Source of the DNA: Octopus vulgaris
Taxonomy: Eukaryota
Assembly (NCBI GenBank): GCA_951406725.2
Contig: OX597815.1
Location: forward strand, 4,402,001 to 4,466,000
DNA length: 64,000 nucleotides
Direction: 5' to 3'
The first letter of the stretch is position 1; each line of letters begins with the position of its first letter. The translations under genes were made by a program, and so were the position numbers. Below the pieces are notes generated by a model. It saw nothing but the letters and a program-made list of their open reading frames with translations. It did not search any database and was not told where the DNA came from. This document shows positions 25,918-38,182 of this stretch, in pieces.

Positions 25918-26307
25918 GCGAGTGGCTGTGTGGTAAGTAGCTTGTTTACTAACCACATGGTTCTGGGTTCAGTCCCACTGCGTGGCATCTTGGGCAAGTG
26001 TCTTCTACTATAGCCTCGGGCCAACCAAAGCCTTGTGAGTGGATTTGGTAGACTGAAACTGAAAGAAGCCCGTCGTATATATGTGTATATATATATATGC
26101 GTGTTTGTGTGTCTGTGTTTGTCCCCCTAGCATTGCTTGACAACCGATGCTTGTGTATTTACGTCCCTGTTACTTAGCGGTTCGGCAAAAGAGACCGATA
26201 AAATAAGTACTGGGCTTACAAAAAGAATAAGTCCCGGGGTCGAGTTGCTCAATTAAAGGCGGTGCTCCAGCATGGCCACAGTCAAATGACTGAAACAAGT
26301 AAAAGAG
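25918..26307 (+). mobile_element. SINE family A
   Basis: Matches 6243-6645. Other copies at 17880-18235, 27487-27885, 44240-44560 and 49605-49960. Confidence 0.85.
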
Positions 26308-26905
26308 TATATATATATTATTCTGATTCTTTGAAAAAACTCTCTAAATTGTACCTATATATTTCAAATTATCATTGGGATTATGGCTGTCAAATAGTTA
26401 AGTATTATAAATTTTAGTCTCCCTACCCAATGAGCTTTAGCCTGCTTATTTTGGCTGAAATATATTCCTACTGGACCCAAATGGTTTCTACTTCAAAGGG
26501 ATCTTGATTTATGGCTCTGCCACTTAAACTGTCTTTTTCTCTATCCATAAAAGATAGATTCTTATTTCCAGACTTGATAAACTAGTCTATAAATTTATAC
26601 CCCACCCCACCCCACCAGTAAATCTAAATAACAAAGTAAAATCAATGATAAGCAGTGTCTTCCTGTGAAAAAATATCAGTTACTACTATGATATTGTTAA
26701 TGAAACTTGTTCTCTGTCTATCTACTTACCCTCTTTGTGATTTTGGTTAATGGAATAACTATAAAAATGAATCTTTTGAATTTAACTAAATTCTATATTT
26801 TTATGCATCTGAAGATTGCTCTACATTTTAAAACTGTTTAATTAAATGGAGTCGCATGAAACGATCATACTGCATTACCTCTGGATATCCTTGTTGCTTA
26901 TTTTG

Positions 26906-26945
<40 letters not shown>

Positions 26946-27647
26946 ACAGCCAATCGGCAGTGCTGTCATCGGCCACAACAACATATATATGTATTTGTGT
27001 GTGTTTGTATGACTGTGTCCCTCCACCATTGCTTGACAAGCAATGCTGGAGTGTTTACATCCCCATAACTTAGCAGTTCAGCAAAAGAGACTGATAGATT
27101 AAGTATGAAGCTTACAAAGAATAAGTTCTGCGGTTGATTTTCTCAACTAAAGGCAGTGCTCCAGCATGGCCACAGTCAAATGACTGAAACAAATAAAAGA
27201 ATATATATATACAGCAAATGAAAGACGGAAGATGGAATATACGAGAATTTATTCCTAATCATGACAATTGTTTTGACACATCTAGCTTTGATCCCTCGCG
27301 AGTGGGACACTCAACAACTGGTTTAGGAGCATCTGGCAGTGTAGATGTGTCTCATCAGGTGATAAATAGATACAACTCATTAAAATAACAGTTCTGCAAT
27401 GAAACTTCTCGTTTTGTAGAAAGAGAAACAGCCAGATGGAGGAAATGTCTTCATTTATATAGAAGATCAAAAAAACAAAAGATTGCAGGCGTAAGATTGG
27501 CTGTGTAGTAAGTAGCTTGCTTTCGAACCACATGGTTCTGGGTTCAGTCAAACTGCATGGCACCTTGGGAAAGTGTCTTCTACTATAGCCTCAGGCCGAC
27601 CAAAGCCTTGTGAGTGGATTTGGTAGACGAAAACTGAAAGAAGCCCG

Positions 27648-27693
<46 letters not shown>

Positions 27694-28253
27694 TTGTCCC
27701 CCCCAACATCGCTCGACAACTGATGCTGGTGTGTTTACGTCCTCGTAACTTAGTGGTTCGGCAAAAGAGACCAATAAGTGCTAAGCTTACAAAGAATAAG
27801 TCCTGGGGTTGATTTGCTTGACTAAAAGGCGGTACTCCAGCATGGCCGCAGTCAAATGACTGAAACAAATAAAAGAGTAAAAGAGATGGGAAAAACGGGA
27901 AATGAACACGGGATCCAGTGAGAAAAGTAAATCAAAACCATTTAATTCCGAGATTAAAACAAAAAATAAATTTTATATGAGACTTTGCTAATAAAAAGAC
28001 AAATGTTGAAAAAAAAAGACAGTGCTTTTAACTGAAAGCATTCAATTATTAAACATTCGTAATTGGAAATGAATAAATAAAATTGAATATTAAGTATTTG
28101 ATTTATTGTCGGGTGACTTTTGGCCACATCCTTGTATACACACACACACACACACACACACAGAAAAATGAATTAATACCAGAGTATAGATGGTCAAATC
28201 TATGTTTCTCTCATCTTTTATCTCTCTCTCTCTCTCTCTCTCTCTCTTTACAG

Positions 28254-28318
28254 CCATACATTTAACCAAGAGAAGCATGCGTAACAAGCAGAAGCATGGC
28301 CTTGAGGATTATGAACAG
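28254..28318 (+). CDS. R7-family RGS protein, coding exon (65 nt): (A)IHLTKRSMRNKQKHGLEDYEQ
   Basis: (CT)n polypyrimidine tract plus tacag acceptor, gttggt donor. Aligns to RGS7 [22 protein letters not shown]. Confidence 0.9.
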
Positions 28319-29109
28319 GTTGGTGACATTTTAGACAGGATTCTGTTTATTAATATTTTAATATTCTCTCTCTAATCAATCATAAGCAAAAAGGATGATG
28401 GAAAAAGATTCGTGGAAACTTGAATTACTAAAAAAAAAAGAAGAAAAAAAGAAACATGCAGGCTGTTATTTAGCAATCTGTGTATCTTATTTAGTGCAAA
28501 TACATCGTAGAAAACCAAATGAACTGTGGTGCTTGTCTGGAGAAATCTCTTATGGACATACTGTGTTAAAAAAATATTGAAGTTGAGGCAAGTGAAATCA
28601 AAGTTGAAACCAAGCTCGATTGCGAAGACCTGTTGAGGCACGTGAAATCAATCAAACTCGGTGACTGGCATCTGATGCTAGTGGAGCGCTAAGAGTACCA
28701 TACGAGTGAGATCGTTACCAGAGTAACAAGCTGGCCTTCGTGCAGATGGTACATTAAGCACACCATTCAAGCGTGATCGTTACCGCGTCGTCTTACTAGC
28801 ACTTGTGCTGGTGGCATGTGAAACATTCGAGTGAGGTCGTTGCCAGTGCTGCTGGACTGGCTCCTGTACAGGTGGCACATAAAAAGCACCATTTGGGCGT
28901 GGCTGTTGCCAGTACCACCAAATTGGCCCTCGTGCCGGTGGCACGTAAAAGCACCCACTACACTCTCGGAGTGGTTGGCATTAGGAAGGGCATCCAGCTG
29001 TAGAAACTCTGCCAGATCAGATTGGAGCCTGGTTCGCCAAACCTCAATCAAATCGTCCAACCCATGCCAGCATGGAAAGCGGACATTAAACGATGATGAT
29101 GATGTGTTG

Positions 29110-29650
29110 CATCTAGCATTATCACACTTGCTGCTGGAAGCAATAGCCTCAGCCTTGATAGAAGTCTTCCTCTGAGCTGATCTGCCAAGCATACACATGC
29201 TGCTGATGAGGGCACAAGTCAGGCCACCTTGTTCAAATGCCTGACACACGAGACTGTTTTACAGCGAACTGCTGGGAGGAAGTGCACACAAAGTGGACGG
29301 TAAAAGTGCTTTAAGGCTACACTCAGAGCCTCACTGAAGAGCTTTGAGATCAATCCAAACTCTCAGGAAACGCAATCACAAGACCACCTTGGCTAGGAAA
29401 ACTGCACCAACAGAGGTGCCACCTCTTAGTAACAGAAGAGGATTTCAGGGGCACAAAGAAAACATGAACCATGCAGGTTCAGAGCCAACTCTTTGGCTTC
29501 TGTGCCAACAGGCCACCAGAGTCCGACCTGGGGCAGAGCCTTCCAAGTACACATTGAACTGATTGGTCACAACTGGATACACCATGACCCATCTTTTCAG
29601 TGTGATAACCTTCGTCATTGCTGACAATTATGGACGATCTAATAATAAAA
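29110..29650 (+). mobile_element. Old BovB/RTE-like LINE 3' fragment
   Basis: Decayed frames read ADLPSIHMLLMRAQ..CFKATLRASLKSFEINPNS.. with a C-terminal C2H2-like relic (PTWGRAFQVHIELIGHNWIH). Ends ggacgatct(aat)n. Confidence 0.6.
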
Positions 29651-30114
29651 AAAATATTGCTGCTGGAAAATTTTCATCCTCTTCTATACTTCTGTGTTAA
29701 CACTGTACATCATCATTGTACAGAAGATGACCACCCACCACACGTGGACACTGAAAAACAGATGTACAAGAATGTGGTTTTAGTGTAGTGGTTAGTCATA
29801 TGTTAATCTTAGTTGACTGTTTACAAGTTAAGAAGGTTGCGTGTGTAGACTTTGACCATGCTAAAGTTTGAGTTTTTAAATGTTTTATCAACCTGTATCA
29901 TTATATTTAAATTTGTACCATGCCGGTGCCATGTAAAAAAAAAGCACCCAATACACTCTGTGGGGTTGTTGGCACCAGGAAGAGCATCCAGCTGTAGAAA
30001 ACATGCCAGAACAGACAATGGAGCCTGGTGCAGTGCTCCTAGCTTGTCAGACTGTCCAACCCATGCCAGCATGGAAAATGGACATTAAACAATGATGTAC
30101 ATTCAATAAATTAA

Positions 30115-30335
30115 CCCTTTCATTACTGTATTTATTTTGAGATGCTCTGAGTTTCTTTCAATTACTTTAAATATAACAAAGAATTTAGTAAAATAACTTA
30201 GTTATCATTAAGCTAGTGTTAGGGACATGAATTGTGACTAAGGTTTGGTGGAAGATTTTGATTCAGAACTTATGAAAACAAGACATTTGTATTACAGAGC
30301 CAGAGCCGGTTTCAGCCGGGTTGGTAATGAAAGGG
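30115..30335. mobile_element. piggyBac-type MITE
   Basis: TTAA-CCCTTTCATTAC...GTAATGAAAGGG-TTAA: perfect 12-bp TIR and TTAA TSD. Confidence 0.85.
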
Positions 30336-31020
30336 TTAATGGATTAATGTTCAATGACCATAATGGTTCGGAATCTTCTATACATAATTTGCTGGATAAT
30401 GTAATGAAGGTAGTGCAACGAAATTAATCCTGGCAAATAGTTAATGCTGTTACTGGACACTTCACATACAAGTTAGATGGTCTTTTGTTGACTACAACAA
30501 ACATGTTACTTAAAAGAGAAAGAGAGGTGAGAGGACAATTAGTTGAGACAAATGGCATTGATTCCCCCAGACATCACAGTGGCTTTCTGGCCGGAAGGTG
30601 AATTTGCCAGCTTTATTGCAGTAAACCAGCTTCTAGGATCTTCTGCCAAACAGTTTGGCTGACAAAATGCATTTCACTTCCTTTGAAGTTTACTGTTTCA
30701 GGTATAACAAGTCGGTCGGTGCTGACTGGTGGAGCCATTTTCACACAGGTGTTAATATCTTTTATGGAAATATATTTGTTTGTGGTTTTAGGCAGGAAAA
30801 ATGTGAAAACTATGGTTCAAATCTCAGCTGGGATCATTATCATTTAACGCCTGTTTTCCATGCTGGCATGGGTTGGACAGTTTGACCAGAGCTAGCCAGC
30901 CAGAGAGCTGCACCAAGCTCTAATTGTCTGGTCTAGCATGGTTTCTATGGTTGGATGCCCTTCCTAATGTCAACCACTTTACAGAGTGTACTGAGCACTT
31001 TTTACATGGAATCAGCATGA

Positions 31021-34000
31021 GTGCTTTATATGTGGAAGCTGTATGGGTGGTTTATATGTGGAAGCTGTATGGGTGGTTTATATGTGGAAGCTGTATGGGT
31101 GGTTTATATGTGGAAGCTGTATGGGTGGTTTATATGTGGAAGCTGTATGGGTGGTTTATATGTGGAAGCTGTATGGGTGGTTTATATGTGGAAGCTGTAT
31201 GGGTGGTTTATATGTGGAAGCTGTATGGGTGGTTTATATGTGGAAGCTGTATGGGTGGTTTATATATGGAAGCTGTATGGGTGGTTTATATATGGAAGCT
31301 GTATGGGTGGTTTATATGTGGAAGCTGTATGGGTGGTTTATATGTGGAAGCTGTATGGGTGGTTTATATGTGGAAGCTGTATGGGTGGTTTATATGTGGA
31401 AGCTGTATGGGTGGTTTATATGTGGAAGCTGTATGGGTGGTTTATATGTGGAAGCTGTATGGGTGGTTTATATGTGGAAGCTGTATGGGTGGTTTATATG
31501 TGGAAGCTGTATGGGTGGTTTATATGTGGAAGCTGTATGGGTGGTTTATATGTGGAAGCTGTATGTGTGGTTTATATGTGGAAGCTGTATGGGTGGTTTA
31601 TATGTGGAAGCTGTATGAGTGGTTTATATGTGGAAGCTGTATGGGTGGTTTATATGTGGAAGCTGTATGGGTGGTTTATATGTGGAAGCTGTATGGGTGG
31701 TTTATATGTGGAAGCTGTATGAGTGGTTTATATGTGGAAGCTGTATGGGTGGTTTATATGTGGAAGCTGTATGAGTGGTTTATATGTGGAAGCTGTATGG
31801 GTGGTTTATATGTGGAAGCTGTATGGGTGGTTTATATGTGGAAGCTGTATGGGTGGTTTATATGTGGAAGCTGTATGGGTGGTTTATATGTGGAAGCTGT
31901 ATGGGTGGTTTATATGTGGAAGCTGTATGGGTGGTTTATATGTGGAAGCTGTATGGGTGGTTTATATGTGGAAGCTGTATGGGTGGTTTATATGTGGAAG
32001 CTGTATGGGTGGTTTATATGTGGAAGCTGTATGGGTGGTTTATATGTGGAAGCTGTATGAGTGCTTTATATGTGGAAGCTGTATGGGTGGTTTATATGTG
32101 GAAGCTGTATGGGTGGTTTATATGTGGAAGCTGTATGGGTGGTTTATATGTGGAAGCTGTATGGGTGGTTTATATGTGGAAGCTGTATGGGTGGTTTATA
32201 TGTGGAAGCTGTATGAGTGGTTTATATATGGAAGCTGTATGGGTGGTTTATATGTGGAAGCTGTATGTGTGGTTTATATGTGGAAGCTGTATGGGTGGTT
32301 TATATGTGGAAGCTGTATGGGTGGTTTATATGTGGAAGCTGTATGGGTGGTTTATATGTGGAAGCTGTATGGCTGTATGGGTGGTTTATATGTGGAAGCT
32401 GTATGGGTGGTTTATATGTGGAAGCTGTATGGGTGGTTTATATGTGGAAGCTGTATGAGTGGTTTATATGTGGAAGCTGTATGGGTGGTTTATATGTGGA
32501 AGCTGTATGGGTGGTTTTATATGTGGAAGCTGTATGGGTGGTTTATATGTGGAAGCTGTATGGGTGGTTTATATGTGGAAGCTGTATGGGTGGTTTATAT
32601 GTGGAAGCTGTATGGGTGGTTTATATGTGGAAGCTGTATGGGTGGTTTATATGTGGAAGCTGTATGGGTGGTTTATATGTGGAAGCTGTATGGGTGGTTT
32701 ATATAGTGGAAGCTGTATGGGTGGTTTATATGTGGAAGCTGTATGGGTGGTTTATATGTGGAAGCTGTATGGGTGGTTTATATGTGGAAGCTGTATGGGT
32801 GGTTTATATGTGGAAGCTGTATGGGTGGTTTATATGTGGAAGCTGTATGGGTGGTTTATATGTGGAAGCTGTATGGGTGGTTTATTGTGGAATATGGGTG
32901 GTTTATATGTGGAAGCTGTATGGGTGGTTTATATGTGGAAGCTGTATGGGTGGTTTATATGTGGAAGCTGTATGGGTGGTTTATATGTGGAAGCTGTATG
33001 GGTGGTTTATATGTATGGGTGGTTTATATGTGGAAGCTGTATGGGTGGTTTATATTGGAAGCTGTATGGTTTAATGGAAGCTGTATGGGTGGTTTATATG
33101 TGGAAGCTGTATGGGTGGTTTATATGTGGAAGCTGTATGGGTGGTTTATATGTGGAAGCTGTATGGGTGGTTTATATTAGCTGTATGGTGGTTTGTGGAA
33201 GCTGTATGGGTGGTTTATATGTGGAAGCTGTATGGGTGGTTTATATGTGGAAGCTGTATGGGTGGAAGTGGTGGTTTATATGTGGAAGCTGTATGGGTGG
33301 TTTATATGTGGAAGCTGTATGGGTGGTTTATATGTGGAAGCTGTATGGGTGGTTTATATGTGGAAGCTGTATGGGTGGTTTATATGTGGAAGCTGTATGG
33401 GTGGTTTATATGTGGAAGCTGTATGGGTGGTTTATATGTGGAAGCTGTATGGGTGGTTTATATGTGGAAGCTGTATGGGTGGTTTATATATGGAAGCTGT
33501 ATGGGTGGTTTATATGTGGAAGCTGTATGGGTGGTTTATATGTGGAAGCTGTATGGGTGGTTTATATATGGAAGCTGTATGGGTGGTTTATATGTGGAAG
33601 CTGTATGGGTGGTTTATATATGGAAGCTGTATGGGTGGTTTATATGTGGAAGCTGTATGGGTGGTTTATATGTGGAAGCTGTATGGGTGGTTTATATGTG
33701 GAAGCTGTATGGGTGGTTTATATGTGGAAGCTGTATGGGTGGTTTATATGTGGAAGCTGTATGGGTGGTTTATATGTGGAAGCTGTATGGGTGGTTTATA
33801 TGTGGAAGCTGTATGGGTGGTTTATATGTGGAAGCTGTATGGGTGGTTTATATGTGGAAGCTGTATGGGTGGTTTATATGTGGAAGCTGTATGGGTGGTT
33901 TATATGTGGAAGCTGTATGGGTGGTTTATATGTGGAAGCTGTGGGTGGTTTATATGTGGAAGCTGTATGGGTGGTTTATATGTGTAAGCTGTATGGGTGG

Positions 34001-36674
34001 TGGAAGCTTATATGTGGAAGCTGTATGGGTGGTTTATATGTGGAAGCTGTATGGGTGGTTTATATGTGGAAGCTGTATGGGTGGTTTATATGTGGAAGCT
34101 GTATGGGTGGTTTATATGTGGAAGCTGTATGGGTGGTTTATATGTGGAAGCTGTATGGGTGGTTTATATGTGGAAGCTGTATGGGTGGTTTATATGTGGA
34201 AGCTGTATGGGTGGTTTATATGTGGAAGCTGTATGGGTGGTTTATATGTGGAAGCTGTATGGGTGGTTTATATGTGGAAGCTGTATGGGTGGTTTATATG
34301 TGGAAGCTGTATGGGTGGTTTATATGTGGAAGCTGTATGGGTGGTTTATATGTGGAAGCTGTATGGGTGGTTTATATGTGGAAGCTGTATGGGTGGTTTA
34401 TATGTGGAAGCTGTATGGGTGGTTTATATGTGGAAGCTGTATGGGTGGTTTATATGTGGAAGCTGTATGGGTGGTTTATATGTGGAAGCTGTATGGGTGG
34501 TTTATATGTGGAAGCTGTATGGGTGGTTTATATGTGGAAGCTGTATGGGTGGTTTATATGTGGAAGCTGTATGGGTGGTTTATATGTGGAAGCTGTATGG
34601 GTGGTTTATATGTGGAAGCTGTATGGGTGGTTTATATGTGGAAGCTGTATGGGTGGTTTATATGTGGAAGCTGTATGGGTGGTTTAGCTGTATGGGTGGT
34701 TTATATGTGGAAGCTGTATGGGTGGTTTATATGGTGGAAGCTGTATGGGTGGTTTATATGTGGAAGCTGTATGGGTGGTGGAAGCTGTATGGGTGGTTTA
34801 TATGTGGAAGCTGTATGGGTGGTTTATATTGGAAGCTGTATGGGTGGTTTATATATGGAAGCTGTATGGGTGGTTTATATTGGAAGCTGTATGGGTGGTT
34901 TATATGTGGAAGCTGTATGGGTGGTTTATATGTGGAAGCTGTATGGGTGGTTTATATGTGGAAGCTGTATGGGTGGTTTATATGTGGAAGCTGTATGGGT
35001 GGTTTATATGTGGAAGCTGGGTGGTTTATATGTGGAAGCTGTATGGGTGGTTTATATATGGAAGCTGTATGGGTGGTTTATATGTGGAAGCTGTATGGGT
35101 GGTTTATATGTGGAAGCTGTATGGGTGGTTTATATGTGGAAGCTGTATGGGTGGTTTATATGTGGAAGCTGTATGGGTGGTTTATATGTGGAAGCTGTAT
35201 GGGTGGTTTATATATGGAAGCTGTATGGGTGGTTTATATGTGGAAGCTGTATGGGTGGTTTATATGTGGAAGCTGTATGGGTGGTTTATATGTGAATGGG
35301 TGGTTTTATATGTGGAAGCTGTATGGGTGGTTTATTTATATGGGTGGAAGCTGTATGGGTGGTTTATATGTGGAAGCTGTATGGGTGGTTTATATGTGGA
35401 AGCTGTATGGGTGGTTTATATGTGGAAGCTGTATGGGTGGTTTATATGTGGAAGCTGTATGGGTGGTTTATATGTGGAAGCTGTATGGGTGGTTTATATG
35501 CGTTGTGGAAGCTGTATGGGTGGTTTATATGTGGAAGCTGTATGGGTGGTTTATATGTGGAAGCTGTATGGGTGGTTTATATGTGGAAGCTGTATGGGTG
35601 GTTTATATGCGGAAGCTGTATGGGTGGTTTATATGTGGAAGCTGTATGGGTGGTTTATATGTGGAAGCTGTATGGGTGGTTTATATGGGTGGTTTATATG
35701 TGGAAGCTGTATGGGTGGTTTATATGTGGAAGCTGTATGGGTGGTTTATATATGGAAGCTGTATGGGTGGTTTATATGTGGAAGCTGTATGGGTGGTTTA
35801 TAGCTGTATGGGTGGTTTATATATGGAAGCTGTATGGGTGGTTTATATGGGAAGCTGTATGGGTGGTTTATGTGGAAGCTGTATGGGTGGTTTATATGTG
35901 GAAGCTGTATGGGTGGTTTATATGTGGAAGCTGTATGGGTGGTTTATATGTGGAAGCTGTATGGGTGGTTTATATGTGGAAGCTGTATGGGTGGTTTATA
36001 TGTGGAAGCTGTATGAGTGGTTTATATGTGGAAGCTGTATGGGTGGTTTATATGTGGAAGCTGTATGGGTGGTTTATATGTGGAAGCTGTATGGGTGGTT
36101 TATATGTGGAAGCTGTATGGGTGGTTTATATGTGGAAGCTGTATGGGTGGTTTATATGTGGAAGCTGTATGGGTGGTTTATATGTGGAAGCTGTATGGGT
36201 GGTTTATATGTGGAAGCTGTATGGGTGGTTTATATGCGGAAGCTGTATGGGTGGTTTATATGTGGAAGCTGTATGGGTGGTTTATATGGAAGCTGTATGG
36301 GTGGTTTATATGCGGAAGCTGTATGGGTGGTTTATATGCGGAAGCTGTATGGGTGGTTTATATGTGGAAGCTGTATGGGTGGTTTATATGTGGAAGCTGT
36401 ATGGGTGGTTTATATATGGAAGCTGTATGGGTGGTTTATATGCGGAAGCTGTATGGGTGGTTTATATGCGGAAGCTGTATGGGTGGTTTATATGCGGAAG
36501 CTGTATGGGTGGTTTATATGCGGAAGCTGTATGGGTGGTTTATATGCGGAAGCTGTATGGGTGGTTTATATGCGGAAGCTGTATGGGTGGTTTATATATG
36601 GAAGCTGTATGGGTGGTTTATATGTGGAAGCTGTATGGGTGGTTTATATGTGGAAGCTGTATGGGTGGTTTATA
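31021..36674. repeat. 26-bp satellite array, about 5.65 kb (roughly 215 units)
   Basis: Unit GTGGTTTATATGTGGAAGCTGTATGG, embedded in an RTE-tail-derived element (30838-31020 on the left, 36675 onward on the right). Confidence 0.97.
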
Positions 36675-37215
36675 CGGGCACAGGTGCTTCACATGTACCA
36701 CTGGCACCCATGAGCCCACAAAACAAGGACCTCTCAGCTAAGAGAGGGAATTGGGGGCATCGCCATAAAGGACATGCCTGTATGTATGGATGGCCATAAT
36801 TTTACATAGCTTGACATGTCTTCTCGAGCACAGCAAATTACCAGAGGTTTTGGTCCTTTGTTATCTCCTCTGCAAGGCTCAATGTCTGAAGATCCTTTCT
36901 TACCACTTCACCCCATAAAAACTAAGCTAGGAGCACTAGATACCTTGGAAGAAAGCAGCGAATGTATACGAAAACAAGGACAGAAAAGAAACGAGAAATT
37001 GTACCCAAATGCAAATAAAGGATATTAACAACAGGTGTCTTTCGACTAAGGACAAATTAAATTAAGCTGGCATGTGTGGAATTGAAGCCTTACAGCAGGG
37101 ACATCGGAGATGACAGGCATAGGGAGGAATGTAGATGTTGCAGAGATAGTACTCGAACCAAGAAAGAAAGGTCAGGCATGGCCGAACACCGGTCATGTAG
37201 AGGGAGAAGAGAGAG

Positions 37216-37269
<54 letters not shown>

Positions 37270-38140
37270 AGCACCATCCGAACGTGGTTGATGCCAATGC
37301 CGCCTTGACAGGCTTCTGTGCCTGTGGCACGTAAAAAGTACCAACTGACAGCCTCCCCTGGCACGTAAATGCACCCACTACACTCATGGAGTGGTTGGCG
37401 TTAGGAAGGGCATCCAGCTGTAGAAACACTGCCAGATCAGACTGGTGCAGCCTCCTGGCTTCCCAGACCCCAGTCGAACCGTCCAACCCATGCTAGCACA
37501 GAAAATGGACATTAAATGATGATGATATATATATATATATATCACTGTGTATTGGCAAAGGATGTAAGCATTAGCAAAAATCCAGTTCTCTTGAAATTCA
37601 AATGAAGTCTGTCAAGTTACTCCTTGTCCTTCTTGTCATGTGAAAGGCACTGAACCGATGATTGGTCCATTAGAAATCTTTAACTAATTGTGATAACTTA
37701 AATAAGCCATAGTAAACACCTAATTCTACAGTAGATTTTTACCCAGTACCCTCTATAAATAGTTTGGTGTTAGGAAGGGCATTCAGCCAAAGGAACCATG
37801 CCAAAACAGACATTGGCACTTGGCACAGTCCCCACTAGCTGAAGGATGGTCTGACAAGGGCTAACAAGCTGAAACTTCTTGTAAAAGTTTTTTTTCTTTG
37901 GTTTTAGTCCAAGGACTGTGGCCTTGCCATTTATATATATTATATTTTTGGGTCATATAATGACTTTTTCCTCTTTCTGAAGATAAGCCATGCTCAAAAT
38001 ATCATTTTCACTCCTATTTTTCCATCTAAAACATTTCCTGAGTATCAATTTAATATATATTCTCTGTGAATATCTAACTGATTTTTGTTGTTTTTTTCCT
38101 GTTTTTTTTTTTTTGTTTTATTCTGGATTTGCATGTATAC

Positions 38141-38182
38141 AACTGCCCGATGAACGGGAACATGAAACTCTGAGTAGCAGTT
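38141..38182 (+). ncRNA. Minimal type I hammerhead with mutated core
   Basis: AACTGC-CCGATGA-ACG-GGAA-CAT-GAAA-CTC-T-GAG-TA-GCAGTT. Perfect 6-bp stem I, GUA site, U4 to C change and one stem II mismatch. Confidence 0.65.

Noticed and set aside
26441-26500. Candidate upstream RGS exon (PYFWPS-type, about 52 nt)
   Set aside because: In-frame stop and no motif match; the exon was not found in the window.
31021-36674. CRISPR-like array
   Set aside because: Head-to-tail repeats with no unique spacers, no cas genes and a eukaryotic context.
30924-36799. Very long ORFs (up to 1200 aa) of MGGLYVEAVWVVYMWKLYGWFICGSC repeats
   Set aside because: The 26-bp unit has no stop trinucleotide on the + strand, so all three frames are open automatically. 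Frequent indels switch frames, and the array lies within an intron.
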